Numbered from the stretch's first letter, positions 44,881-62,100 are shown. The stretch is DNA of 64,000 bases from the human T2T-CHM13v2.0 reference genome, Homo sapiens (GCF_009914755.1 NC_060946.1), one strand, 5' to 3'. A program made the numbers and translations. The notes: a model not told the origin generated them from the letters alone.

Positions 44881-44959
44881 CAAATAACAATGAGATTTAA
44901 ACCTTCTCATATATAAAATAGGCATGAAGAAAGAACTTTAGGCTTTAACTGGAGAGACA

Positions 44960-45480
44960 AGTGTTTCAAGGCAGGTCCTTTTTAAATGCAAGTGGCAGAA
45001 ATCTAACTAAAAATGACTAAAGTAAAAAAGAAAAGATATTGGTTCATACAATTGAAAAATGCAGGGTTTCCGGCTTTAGACATGACTAGATCTAGACACT
45101 AAAATGAAATAACAAAAAAAAAATGGCCTTTGTCTCTGGGTTCTATTTTCCCTTGTGTGAGCTTTATTCTCAAGCAGGCTTTCTCAAGGGCAGTTGAGTG
45201 GTAAAGAAGACCCCACAGGCTCCAGCTTTGCATGCTTTGGATAAACCACTCCAGGGGAAGAAAGCTTCTTTCCCAACGGTGCCAGCAAGAACTTCAATGC
45301 TATGCTCATTGTCCAGACTTGAGTCACAATTTCTGCATAGATCCACTGTGACCAGGAACTGGGGTATTGTCACACTCCTACTAAACCACATGGTCTGAAA
45401 GTGGCAATTCGTCAAAGAAAAGTCAAGGTGCAATTTCCAGAAGAGGTAGGAAATACCAGGCAGGTAAAAACATGTGTCTA
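44960..45480 (-). mobile_element. MLT1J/K-like LTR remnant
   Basis: gcaagtggcagaaatctaact...gctttattctcaagcaggctttctc. Confidence 0.65.
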
Positions 45481-47009
45481 TGTCCTTAAGAATCATCTGA
45501 AGTGTGGGGATTAGGACAAGCAAAAGTATATCAAGCAAAGACTTGTGGTAGGGGGAGCATGAAGAATTTTAGAAAAAAAATAATTTCTTTTTGGTTAGAA
45601 AGAGCAAGAAAAAAGTGGTGAGAAATGGGGAATTAAAGAGAAGACAAAATTTGGGGGCCTTGTCAAGAATGTTTAGAAGTTCGAATATAATACTAATAAA
45701 TAGCAAAGGGAAGCCCTTGAGGTATTCAAAGCTGGAAATTTAAATGGTTAACTTTTGGTTTTGAAGAGATCCCATCAACTGTCCTATTTAGAATGGATCA
45801 GACAGAAATAAGACTGAAGTCGACCACCTGTTTGGTCGTCACAATTTTGTGATGTTTGGTGTCACAACTGTCTATAAGAGAAAGATGATGGAGACCTATG
45901 AAGGTAACAGTGGGGATGAACAAAGTAAAATTATTTGGGAGACAATTTGTAGAACACAATTAGAGAATGCTCTAAGAAGATTAGGGTTTATCGATAGCTC
46001 TCAAAGCCTTACCCAGAAGATCTCAAGCTCTCTGTCACTTCTGTGCTCTTCCTCCATAGGTTATAAGAAGTTCTAGTAGGAAGACAATGCTGTACCTGCT
46101 GCTTCCTTTCTCCTCTCCTTCCCTAACCTCATACAGGGCAGATCCAGACAAGCATTCCCAGAAGTAGGTCCCTGCTCTGAAACCTATACGTAGAGGAGAG
46201 GTTTAAAAATGTTTAGATAGCAAAGGTAAGTGAAGAGAGCCCATGATGGCACCACCAAAGGCAAGTATATTGCCCTAGAGTCAAACAGAGCCAGGTTTTA
46301 TTCCTGCCTCTGCCACTTATTAGCTGTGTGCCCTTGAGCAAGTTACTTAACCTCTCTGAACCTTAGCTTCCCCATTTGAAAAATGAGTATATCACATTAG
46401 CTCACAGAGTGCTTATGAAATTTAAATGGCTTTGTGCATCTGAAGGCTGGGAACAGTGCCTGGCTCACAGACTGAGCTCAAAGGAGATTGGTTCCATTTT
46501 TCTCCCAATCTTTCTTCCTTAGATGCCTAAGGACGTATTCCCACCTATTTTCCTTTTCGACAGCAATCCTTCATCATGCCCCAGTTTTGTGATATAATTT
46601 TTAAAAATTAAATGCAAATAGTCAAGTCATCTAATTCATTACTTTCAGCTTCAATGACAATTACTAACTGTACCAAGCCTCTGGCAGGACACTGGCAGCT
46701 GTTGGGCAGCTTCAGAGTATTGATTAGGCTCTCCTGGGCCACAGGTTCATATGTTTAGGCTAATAAAAAGGAAATAGCACTTATCAAATAGAAGGTTATA
46801 CATATCCCTTTAACCACTGGGACATTTGTGAGACCCCTAGACATTAGAAAGTTCCTAATGAGTTCCCAGCAACAAGCTGCTCCCCTTATCTCACCCCCTA
46901 ACCCCCGCCTCAATTACACTCATACGCTATACACACCTGGTGCTAATCATCCCCACTAGAGCTGGTGATTAGAAAGTATGGAGGGAATAAGGAAAGGATA
47001 TCTGAAAAC

Positions 47010-47517
47010 CCATGAGTGTGGGTGAGACCTGTGACTTACTTTTAACCAATAGAATGTAGCTAAGGCAATGGGATATACATGATTACATATAAGTGATTAC
47101 GTGACTATGTTACATTAAATTGTAGTGCCCCTCTTGGTGGAGTCTCTCACTCTGTTGCTGATTTTGAGAGAGCAAACAGCCATATTAGGGAATGCTTTGT
47201 AGCAAGTAACTACAGGCAGCTTCCAGTTGCTGAAGATAGCGTTCACTAACAACCTTCAAGAAACCGAAATCCCCAGTCCTATAGCTCAATGAACTGACTT
47301 CTACCAAGAACTGTGAGTTTGGAAGCAGTTATTTCCCCAATCAAGCATTCACATGAGAACCCAGCACTAGCCATTACCTTAATGATAACCTTGCAAAGTA
47401 CCCACCTAAGCCATGTCCACACTTCAAACCCATAGAAATGGTGAGATAATAAATGCAAGTTGTTTTAAGCCACAAGATTATAATAATATTATTTCATAGC
47501 AGTGGATAACTGATATA
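47010..47517 (+). mobile_element. MLT1E-type LTR (5' part missing)
   Basis: gacctgtgacttacttttaaccaatagaat...gagataataaatgcaagttgttttaagcc...gataactgatata. Confidence 0.8.
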
Positions 47518-47679
47518 CATGGTAAATTCTAGAGGAATTAATTAATGAGGAAATGGAGAAAAATTTTAATCAGAAAAGGGGCAGACCAAGACAGTTTGAT
47601 TCAACACACATGTATCTATCAAGGTTCTATGTAGGCAGAATACTAGCTGATTGATTGTGCTAAGGGCTGATGGAATGGT

Positions 47680-48090
47680 TTATTAATCAGGGTAGGCCAC
47701 TGCTATAAGGAACAACCCCAAATCCTTCATGAGGATTCACATCAGAACCCAATGCCTGTCATAGTGAAATAAGAAGAGAACTTAGCTCTACTCCATGCAG
47801 TCATTCAGGAACCCAGCCTCCTGCCATCCTGTGGCTTCCCCATCCCCTAGCCTCAGAGTTTCCCACTGGAACCTCTGCATCCAGCTTGTAGACAGGGGGA
47901 GAAACAGAACATAGAGAACCATATGGGTGGTTTTTTAGTAAGGAGTAAAGCCAGAAAGTAGACAAGTCACTTCTGTCCTCATCAACTCAGGCACATGGTT
48001 TCTCCTGACTACAGGAAATGCTGAGAATTATAGCCTCACTCATGCCCAAAGAAAAAGGAAAGAGTCTGGTAAACCCATCCTAGTCTATGC
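47680..48090 (-). mobile_element. MLT1J/K-like LTR remnant
   Basis: ctccatgcagtcattcaggaacccag...gaaatgctgagaattatagcct. Confidence 0.65.
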
Positions 48091-48108
48091 TCTGGAAAAG
48101 GAATAATA

Positions 48109-48562
<454 letters not shown>

Positions 48563-49309
48563 CTATAATACATGACACAATATGAAATATTCTTAAGAGA
48601 GAGAGAAAAGTTGGAGAGAAGGACAGAGAGAAGAAACTTGATGTCATAGAAACTACGACCCAGGTTTCTTCACTTACATTCTCTGAGCTTATGTTTTCTC
48701 ACATTTAAATTTGAGAAAATAACTGAATCTCTCAGTGCCTCAGTTTCCTCACCTACTAAATGAGAATAATAGTGCTTCTCTCAAAAGTTGGCTGTGGAGA
48801 TGAGATAATCCATGCAGATAAAATGCTTAGCACAGTATCCAACACAAAGCAAGACTGCATAAATATTAGCTATTATTATTTATTATTATCATTATCATTA
48901 TTATAAATTCAGGGGACCCAAAATGATTTGGAAGTGCTTCATAAAGTATAAAGAGTTTTTCTACATGTAGCGGATAGTTTTTATATTACCCCCAAGTGCT
49001 TCTGCTGCTCAGAATAACGGGAGATTGATTCTGGCCCTAGGAAATGTGGATAGGCTTCCAAGAGGAGGCAGCATTTAATCCAGACTTGGAAATGTCAGAA
49101 CTGTCTTCATTCCACAGATGGGCTGCTGCCTGACAAGCTGGACAATTGGTTTGCCTCTTCATTCTGGAGAGTTACAGACTGAGAGGGGAAGAAATGAAAT
49201 CCACGGAATTCAGGGCAGGCTGCAAGGTGACCATGAGCACATTCACCAGCTCCTGATTAGAGGCAGATGTCGCCACCACCCCCGTCTTTTCATGGCTTGG
49301 ATGATTTAA

Positions 49310-49575
49310 AAAAGAAATTTAAAAAGAAGCACCAGGTGATGCAGCAGATAATAAACTTATGGAACTCATTTCCCCAGGAGGCTACTGAGGTGAAAATTTT
49401 AGATCATTTCCCAAAAAGCTTAGTTAAATTCATGAGTGATTGATTCCTAATGGATTATCAAAGCCTGTTAGGAAGGAAATCCTTAAACTTTAAGGTTGAA
49501 GTCTTGGAAAACAGGTGTGCTCTCTGATGAAACTTCTCTCTGCACCTCCGTCACAGACAAAATATTAGGCTGCAT
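49310..49575 (+). mobile_element. Ancient CR1/L2-clade LINE 3' remnant (MamRep605/Plat_L3-like)
   Basis: 49339-49443 translates MQQIINLWNSFPQEATEVKILDHFPKSLVKFMSD*, resembling the ORF2 C-terminal WN.LP...F...LD.FM motif. Confidence 0.6.
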
Positions 49576-50689
49576 GTATCTCTCTGAGTTGACTCACTGT
49601 GACAATTCAGTTAGAGAGTCACTGCAAGGAAATGCCTGAAATAGCACTTGTGACCAGAGAGGGCCAGTACAGGGCACCTGCACCATCACTCTTCCTGACA
49701 GATTCGTGGCAGACATCACTAGTCCATCCCAGCACCATTTCCCACGGAGCCCCATGATAGCTCCAGTCTCTTTCCCAGCATAGAAACAACTTGGCCGTCC
49801 CTGATAGACCCCCACACCTTTACTCAGGATGAAATGAGGCCCAAGGAGTGGAAGTCGTTGGTCCAAGATGTTTGCTCCAGGGTTATCCCTTTAAAATCTC
49901 TAGACAGGCAGGCAGGCTAGTGTGGGAGGCAAATAAAATCTGGTGTCCAGTCTCATGTCCATGCCTCTATCTCTTGTGATTCAAAGATGTACAATCCTAC
50001 AGGTCTTTCCCTCCTTTCATATTAATAAACCTGCTGTTCACTTTATATAACAGATGTCTGGACTTAGAGAATAATACACATGAGTCAGGAAGAAGAGGAG
50101 TAGAAAGAGGAAGAAGAGGGAGGAAGAGGTGAAAGAGAAGGAGAGAATCATGTTTGCACTGCATTTGACATTTATAAACACCTTTATATCAATCATTATT
50201 ATATTTAATTCTATCTTCCCAGCTTCACAAAGAAAGAAAAACAAATGAGGCTCAAGGAGGCAAAGTGACTTGCCTAAGCTCTCACATCTCCTCCAAGGCA
50301 AAGCTAAAGTTCAAATCAGGCCTCTGTACTATGCTGAGCTCGTTTTTCACTCCCACGAATGAGGATTCATTTGGAAGTAAAGCTTTCCTCTAGGTGTCAA
50401 AAGCACCTGTCTTGCACATGGATTGAAAGGGCAAATCTCCTAGATCAAACCCTGTTTCCCAATAGCACGACCGATTCCTCTAGATCATGCTGTTTTGTCC
50501 CTGGCTCTCCTGCTGCCCAGAGAATGAAGACATATCTGTTGACACATTAGCAGAGAATGTCATAGTGTGACAGCTGTGGCTAGCATTTGGGTACCAGATG
50601 TCCACTATCTCCCAGGCCAGATCTCTGTCCCTCTCTAATGGGGATATCAGTGCTACTAGAAATAACATCATTAACAAACTACCTATTAC

Positions 50690-50790
50690 TGACTCTCCGA
50701 ACAAATATTTATTGAGTGTTTACTATGTTCTGGACCTGGGCCAGGCCCTGGGGGACAAAGGCAGGACAGTTCATGGAGCTTACATTAGAA

Positions 50791-50824
<34 letters not shown>

Positions 50825-51160
50825 AAGGGAGGATAAATAATGAACATGTTTATAAGTAAGTGAAGAAAATAACATCAGAAGTGATACATGTGATACAGAG
50901 TCACCGCAGGATTAAGTAGGGCATGCCTGCTTTGGACAAGCCTTTTTGAGGAGGTGACATTAAGCCGAGCCTTTAAGGATGAAGAGGAGTCATTCATGTA
51001 AAGAGAAGACAGAAGAGTATCCCAAACTGTTAAGTACAAAGGCTCAGAGGCCACAGAGCTTGCGTTCAAGGAGTAGAAGGCCAGCAGGAAGCTAAAGCAA
51101 GATGAGAAAACCAAAGCCCTGGGAGTTGGAGCAATTTGACTACGACCTCACAGGCATTTT
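50690..51160 (-). mobile_element. L2 3' end containing (AGT)n at about 50790-50824
   Basis: aacaaatatttattgagtgtttactatg...tgaggaggtgacattaagccgag. Confidence 0.8.
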
Positions 51161-51763
51161 TGATGATGTAAGTTAGACATCCCCAAATGGATTGCGATAT
51201 TATAAACAGTTTCCCCAGGTCTTTGTCAGAAAGCCGCTCCCCTGCAGCTCGATATTCACCTCTTCTCCCTGCTCAGTCCCCTCTTGGCATTCTAATTTTC
51301 CCAGAGTAATTTCACAGTAATTCCCAGGCAATTGACTGCAGTGTCACCAGCCAGAGACGATGAACTGAGCTGAGGTGGGCTACAAGGAAGGAGAGGACAT
51401 GCTCTCTGGACAAGAGAGTTCCTTTCTGCTCGCAAAGGACCTTCTCCAGCAGGAAGAACAGCAAAGGCAGGGGAAATAGCACATTAAATGACAGGATCAA
51501 CTAGGCAGGTGGCTGGTTTGTTTTTCCAAGAGCATAAGCTAATCTCGAGAACTGGGTCTGGGGGCTGGGGGTGGGAGCAATCCTCTGGGTTCTCTTCATT
51601 CCACTTCTGCAAACTACTTCCTATGCAATTATTTTATCCCTTGCTCTGGGTTTATTTCTAACCTGTAGAAAAGCTCTTGTATACAGTAGGCACCTAATAA
51701 CCATCAGCAGAATGAATGAACAGGTTATGCACGGTAAGACAAGGATGCAAAGGTGTATAAGCC

Positions 51764-51798
51764 TGTATTAGAGTTCTACAAAGAAACAGAACATATAT

Positions 51799-51841
<43 letters not shown>

Positions 51842-52252
51842 GTATGAGGAATTGGCTCACATGATTATGGAAGTTAAGTCCCATGAGCTGCCATGTGCAA
51901 GCTGGAGACCCAGGAAAGCCAGTGGTATAATTCCAGACCAAGTACAAAGGCTTGAGTACCATGGGAACCAGTGATGTAAATCCCAGTCCAAGGGCAGAAA
52001 AGGACCTATGTCTCAACTCAGAAGGCAGGAAGCAAAAGGGGTGAATTCCTCCTTCCCCTGCCTTTTTGTTCTATCCAGGTCCTCAGTGGTTGTATGATGC
52101 CCACCAACAAGGGAAGGGCAATCTATTTTACTGAGTTCACCAATTCAAATGCTAATCTCATCCAGAAACACCCTCACAAACACACCCAGAAATAATACTT
52201 AATCTGGGCACCCTTGATGGAATCAAGTTGACACATAAAATTAACCATCACA
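51764..52252 (-). mobile_element. MLT2B solo LTR with internal (GA)n
   Basis: gaggaattggctcacatgattatgga...caagttgacacataaaattaaccatcaca; perfect TSD AAGCC. Confidence 0.93.
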
Positions 52253-52454
52253 AAGCCCATTCATTCATTATTCGTTATCAATAAGCACTATATGCCTGCT
52301 ATATGTATGGCACTGTGCCGGACATGAAATAGGCGAAGCTAAAAGATGGAAAAGGTATTCATTCATTGACTCATTCAATTATGCAACCTATGTTGGGTAC
52401 ATGGACTAATGTTCTACAGCATTTTGTAGTTACATGGCTTCATTTTATCATTGC

Positions 52455-52680
52455 CATTTAATAGCACAGTCCTTGGAGTCAATCCTGAGTTCAAATCAGG
52501 TCTGACCATCTGGACAACCTTGGGCAAGTTACTTAACCTCTCAGTTTCACTATCAGAAAAATGGGAATAATAATACATTTCTTCCTGTGTTATTATAAGT
52601 CTTCAAGCAATAACATGAAAGGGGCGTAGCAGAGATCTTCACACATGGTAAGTGCTCAATAAATGGTAGCTAGTCTCATT
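52455..52680 (+). mobile_element. MIR
   Basis: accttgggcaagttacttaacctctc. Confidence 0.8.
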
Positions 52681-54014
52681 ATTATAATGTATGTTATTTT
52701 TTGTCCTCCTGTCAATACTTTGAAGAAGGTATTTTTTCCTCATTTTACAGGGCTGAACGTCATAGAAAGTTACATGGCCAAATATCTCAAGGAACCAGAA
52801 CTAAGCTGAAGCCTTTGCCATCCTTGGCAATGATATCTCCAAACTCAGGCCTTCTGATCCAAATAAAGCATTTGGGAGGTTTATTAGACACCATAGTACC
52901 AAGCTTCACAATTGAGGCTCACTTTATAGGTGGAGTCACTGAGGCCAGAAAGGTTGAGCAAATTGTCCAAGGTCAACAGTCTTGGTGGAGCTGGGAATCA
53001 AATCAAAGTTTTTTGGGTTTTGAGGTTCTTACTATGTGACAGACAAGATGCTCAACTCCAAAGATGTTCAATTAAATATGGCCCAGGCCCTACCCTTGAG
53101 AACACTCAATCTAGGGAGGCGTGGGCAATTAGAATGGAGATGTATCTTTCTGAGAAGAAAGATTCTTCAAGAATTTGACTGCAGTCTTCACATGTATGTG
53201 AAGCACTGTCCTTTGAAAGGCAAAGTAAAAGGTAGCATAACACATTGACTTTGGGTCAGGCAAACCCAGGTTCAATTTCCACCTCTTTCACTCAAGCCTT
53301 GTGACCTTGGGCAAGTCATTTAACTTGATGGGCATTTAACTTGCTGAGCAAACCTCAATTTGCTCATCTCTAAAATGGACATGATAACAACACTTACCTC
53401 CATAGGCTGCCCACAGCCCATCAGGAATGGGCTCCATCTTTAGTTCTGCCCCTTCCCCCAGGATTTAAGTCTAAGTATAGCAGAGACTCCAGGGATCTTG
53501 TTCATTGTATTATGTCTGGCACACAGCACAGGCACTATGTGGATGGAGGAGGGTGACCACAGAGAGGCATCCCAGGCAGAGGGGAAAGCATGAAAAAAAT
53601 CATGAAGGTGTAAAACAAAGGGGTGTATTCAGAAAACTGGAAATAATGAGTAGGTATGGCTGCACCTATGAAGGAGTATGGCAGAGGGAGTGGGCAGGGA
53701 TGTTGGCAATGAAGGGGAAGGTGGGAACCTGTGGGCTGTGATGCAGACCTGCACTTTACCCCCAGGTTCCTTACCTTGAGTTCTGTGTCGAGTCTGTTCA
53801 TCCCTGTATTTCTCACGAGCGGGCTGGGCCAGACACTGTGAATTGTCTACCCAAAGACTATTTATAACCAATTCCTCCTTGTCTTTCTCTATTTCAAAGG
53901 TTGAGAAGGGTAAAATAACCTATTTCCCACCTGCCTGGCGAGCCATACACAGCAGCTGTGGCCAGCGAGATGTAGCAGAAGGCCCAGGGAATGTTTTTCT
54001 TTCTAGAAAAAGTC

Positions 54015-54040
54015 GTGTGTGTGTGTGTGTGTGTGTGTGT
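54015..54040. repeat. (TG)n microsatellite
   Basis: Direct reading. Confidence 0.95.
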
Positions 54041-55223
54041 TTGTGCTTTGTGTCCGTGTGTGCATGAATGTATGTATGTTGCCCTTTTCTCCTTGGTGCT
54101 GCTTGTCCCTTACCCCTTCTTTCCTACTGGAAGACTCCTAGGGATGCAACAGCCATGGTGCAAGTAACTATGAGGTGACAAGCATAAGAGTACAGGCCTA
54201 CGTGGTAAGAAAGGCGATGAAGCACTTGGTCTATTTGACAAATAATCCTTTATGTGTTTAAGCCACTATGGAGGTGTTTTTCTATTACATGTAGCCAAAA
54301 GCAATCCTGGTTCATGCAAGGACTTCCTAGCCACCCTATCCGGGTAGCCCTACTTGGACAGATCTTTGCTGATTCCTCTTATCCTTGGACCAATCTTCTG
54401 TATGTTTCCAACTGGGCTCATCAAGATGCAACCCCTGCCCCCATAAGGTTTAGACTTGAAGTCCTTCCACATCATGATCCTGGTTTCGTGACCAAGACAT
54501 TTATTTCCTTTCATTATCAAGGTGAGATGTAAGACAGAAATGACTTACCGACTGATGCGCGGCCTCTGTTTTGTGGCTTTGTCTCACGCTGTTTGGGCTC
54601 CCAGCTTCCTGACTGCTCTGTCTGCCACGCTGAAAACACTGCCACTCCCAGGATACCAGGCTTAGAAGAAGCCTTTCAGGGAATTGTGCTGGAGCAAGAG
54701 CAAATCTCAATATGTTTATCCTTATGTTTTTTCTTTTCTGCATTGCCTAGAGGATAATTAGGATTATGATAATCACTTTACTGTATGTTTTTTTTTAACT
54801 TCTACAATAAGCTCTTTGGAACCAAAGGGAAGAGCCCAGAGGGAAGATGGACATGGAGCTTATGCCGTAAGGACAGACCAGAAACAGAAGGCAGAGAGTC
54901 AGGCAGCCCTGTCACCAGGGAAACCAGAGGAGGGTTTGTGGTGTCAGCAAAAACTGACAAAGACTTGGAAATGAACAAAACCAAGCACTGGGCATCCTTT
55001 CCCTGGAGTTCTGTGTATTATCCCGTGGATCTCCAGGGATTACCTACTTTTACCAGGATGAGTACCTTTGGCCGACTTCAATCAGCTGGGTTATTTTACA
55101 GCTCTCTATGGTTAGAAGTTATAGAGAGCTCATAGTAATGCAAATGATTCTTGTCCATAGCAATGAAAATGAATTTTATTGGGAAAAATATAATCCCAAT
55201 CATTACATTTTATTGCCCAAGAG

Positions 55224-55910
<687 letters not shown>

Positions 55911-57173
55911 CCCTGTAGAATATGAACTAATTTAACTAATTTTGCATCTATCAGCAAATTTATTTCCGCATCCCTGATTGGTGTGTGTGTGTGCAAGTAG
56001 GTGTGTGTGTGCATGTGTGTGTGTTCTCCTTGAAACTGTTTTAATATCTTACTGATCCTTTATTAACTGAGTTAAATAAAATCTTATTTATTTTATATCT
56101 GAACGTCATGTTTTCAACTTTTTGAAAAATGATGCTCAAATGCTAGGCTTGGAGTAGAAGAAGGAGATGTGAGTTGTGGCCAAGAAGAAGACCAAAGAAC
56201 CAAGACCACGTGGAGGGCACCCAGGCAGCCTGGGATGGGTCTCATATGCTCTTTGTGCCCAGCAGCACGGAGCCACGTAGGAGTCCAGTCAATACCCCAG
56301 ACTATGCCTCATGGTTCAAGCAAGGACAGCACTTGAATGAAGTCCTGCCTAGCAGCCCAGGTCCCCCATGGACTATCCAGCAGGAGGACAACAGCCACAC
56401 CCAGAGGCTTTGCTAAGCCTATCCAGATTTTCTGACATGGAAATCCCACTTTTCAATGGCCCTGTGTTTTAGTAAGCCCCTTCAAAACAAAAGACAAAGC
56501 TCTTGACACCCAGAGCAGGTGTAGAAGGGAAAGTCTTGCTCCCAGTCCTAGAGTAAAACTGGGCAATATCACACCATCCAACTACATGGCCCAATCCCCA
56601 GAAAAGGCAAGAGACCTGCCCAAAATAGCACAGACTCTTGGAGGAGGAGACAGGAGCAAAATGCAGGCACCTGTCTCCCAGCCCAGGGCTCTTGCTCCTG
56701 CTTTCTACTGTCTCATTATGCCGACAAATCTACTAACACGTGCACTCAATTTTCCTAGGAGTCAATACCTTTGTCAAGGCCACCAGAGCTCCCAAGAGGA
56801 GACAGGATGTGGATTTTGTAAGCTCCATCACTGGCTCTTCTCTCTTTGAGCAGTCCTTATCCTCACTGAGCCTCAGTTTCCTCACTTGATTGTGAAGATG
56901 GTAAGAGGAATAAAACAAACTAGCCAGGCGTTGAACCCACAGGAGTTGCTGAGCAAACATTTGCTGACTCAGAATCCTTTTCTCTTTAAATTAATTCCTG
57001 CCTATTGCTCTCCAGCCTGAATCCAAGTGCTGGCCAATGGAAAGGTACCAGCAGTGCAAGGAGAGCGGGTGGGAGCCAGGAAGATAAAGAAGGAGCGGCC
57101 GGGCTGGATGGAAATCACTCCTGGTCAAATGGAGTCATGTGGTATGGAAAACTTTTAAAGGAATCCCTTAAAA

Positions 57174-57174
57174 T

Positions 57175-57213
<39 letters not shown>

Positions 57214-57228
57214 AGAGAGAGAGAGAGA
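57174..57228. repeat. Compound (TG)n(GA)n microsatellite
   Basis: Direct reading. Confidence 0.95.
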
Positions 57229-57429
57229 ATGTGTGACACCCCCTTAGTGTAGCAGATATAATATTATAAATGTGTGAGTATTCCTGTAGTCCTCTCCCCT
57301 CAGATGCTAAAAGGGGGGGATTCTTGCCTGCAATCTCAGCCTACATCGCTCCTTTGCTGGGGAGAATTTAGGATAATGGGTGAGACAGAGAGAATTTAAG
57401 GACCCCTGAGAGGCTACAATAATCTAGAT

Positions 57430-58087
<658 letters not shown>

Positions 58088-58297
58088 ATCTACACAATAA
58101 GCCGAGAGAGAGGAAACAGAATGCAGGCAGAGCGTCAGGAAGAATGTGAAGGAGGGAGGTGGGAGTTAAGGGGAGGCAAAGATATCTGGGGGTGAGTGAA
58201 GAAGCCACCATCTCCATGAAAATACTGAGAGAGAGAAGCAGCATTAGAGAAAAAGAGAGAGGATCTCCAGGATGTTTCTATATTTTAAGAATACACC

Positions 58298-58748
<451 letters not shown>

Positions 58749-58977
58749 TCAAATTAAAATATTATATATTTTAAGAAAATAAGCTGTTAAGAAATGAAAG
58801 AAAAAAAGGTTAATTAGTGATACAGACGAAACAACAAGAAGTGATTTTTTTTTTTTTGTCATAGTCCCTGATGTCCAGGACTAGGGAAGTAAAAGTCCAA
58901 GTGAACTTCTTGGTCCTAGGCTCCTCTACACTATTTTTTGTTGTGGTTGTGGTAGTGGTGGTTGTTAGGCTATGTAC

Positions 58978-59460
<483 letters not shown>

Positions 59461-60900
59461 CTTTCAAAGGGATAAATAAATAAAGATTCTGTTCTTCAGC
59501 ATTCCATTGAGAGACCAGGTGAGAAATGAAGCACTGTTGGTTTCCTTTTGGAAAGGCGGGCTTTTTTGAGTGAGACACTGTATTGAGACAGGGCCACAGG
59601 CAGCCCCAGGATTTACCTGTTTAATTACCTTATGGGAGGAGGAGAAGAGGAGAGTTTGAGTCATATACTGTTGTTTCAGATTATCTCTTCCTAGAAAACA
59701 AAGAGAGTAAAAGTCATACTGAGTTGCTTTGATTTAGAAGATGTGATGAATCGGAGAAAGCTCTGTGCTGGTCAGCAGAACCCAACCTGGGAAAAATATC
59801 TGTCCTAATTCCTAAGTGTTATTAAACTTTGTCTCCCAGAGTAAAATAAAGTACAGAGTCAATAGTAATTAAGCCTTCTTTCCTCTGAGTGGGTCTTAGA
59901 AGTAAGGTATTCTATAAGAAACAAGTCCCTACTTCCTGATACAACCATCCCGTGGGAGAGAAAGCAGAGAAAGCAAACTGTGCTCTGTTGAATAGAACTG
60001 GGAGCAGAGGAGGGTGAGGGTTTGGGAAGGCTTGAGCTGTAGTCAGAGGTCATGGCTGCAGAAGGATACACAAAATCCATCCTGTTCAGATGAAACTCTG
60101 AGAATCAGCTCCTTCATCCTTGCTACCATGCAGGAGCCTTGGAGCCTTGGAGAACTTAAAAGAATGAGGCATGATCCTCAAGAAGCTATGAATATGACAT
60201 CTGTCATCAGCCACACCCATCCCAAGAAGAACAAGGTTCAAACCCTGAAAGTCTTCTCTGATGCCAGAAATGAAATACTGAGGGGGCAGGCAGCCTCTGC
60301 AAGCCAGATAAGGAGGTGTCATTGCCTTTAAGTGTTGAATTCAGTAGACCCACATGGGTAATTTATGGATTCATTCATTCAGCACACATTTTTTGAGCAC
60401 TTACTATATGCCAGGCACTGTTTTAGGTACCTGAGACACAGCCCTTTCTTAGCGGTTCTTACATTTCTCCAATTCAAACGCCATATAAATTACCTCCCTT
60501 AATTCTCTATTATTAGTAGTAAACAGTAGAGCTGGGATTTGAATCCACAGTATCAAGATTCAGAGTCTGTTCTTAACTACTATGCTATATCACCCCTCCA
60601 GATGGAAATTGAAATTAAAATACTGCATCTGAAAATTGTTATGCTCTCTTAGAAGTCATTCTAAAACAACCGATAAAACCCTGGGTTTTGGAATCATTGG
60701 GAATTAGAATTCCTTCCTCTCTGCTGGCCTCTGATCTCTGTAATGACAGAGACCATATCTGGCTTGAGACTGTTGTGTTCCAAAGCATCAAGCCTAGCAC
60801 ATACTAGGAACTCACTAAACATTTGTTGACTGACTGAATGAATGAGTTCATATACCAGTGGTAGGATCTTGGAAGAATGACCTAATCAATCTACCCTTAG

Positions 60901-61554
<654 letters not shown>

Positions 61555-61992
61555 ATCAGGTATTCTGCATGTATCAATATTTCCTTACAGAGCCACCGTA
61601 TTAAGTGAAATTAGAAATTTCGAACACATAACACAATGCCTAACACACAGTAAGCACTCAATAAATAAGTCTGATACCACCTGGCATGTGTCACACACCT
61701 GATCCACAAGCAGATGTTTTAAGGAACACAGAGCTTGGCTTGGAAGACAAATAAGCACATAGCAGAGACAATTGTTGATTTGGGGGTTGGAAGGGCAGAA
61801 GAAATGAAGGGGATTAGAACTAACTCTCCTTGATAATAACAGTTTCCCATCCTTTCTGGGTGTGCCCCCATGACAGGCAGTGTTTGCAAGCAATAGCACC
61901 CACCTGCCCTGATAGAAATCTGCAGGATTCATCCTCAGCTTCTCAGCCCTAGCATCTTCAGGCGCCCAAATATATGATTCACATTCAGCTAG

Positions 61993-61997
61993 TCTCT

Positions 61998-62077
<80 letters not shown>

Positions 62078-62100
62078 CTTTTTTTTTTTCTCTCTCTCTC
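61993..62100. repeat. (CT)n / T-rich polypyrimidine tract
   Basis: Direct reading. Confidence 0.97.

Noticed and set aside
48694-48719. 26-bp near-perfect palindrome ttttctcacatttaaatttgagaaaa
   Set aside because: AT-rich and lies at the join of two MIR-core-like pieces; plausible by chance
53317-53348. 16-bp tandem duplication in a MIR (a similar 13-bp one lies at about 5679-5704)
   Set aside because: Common slippage events with no further structure
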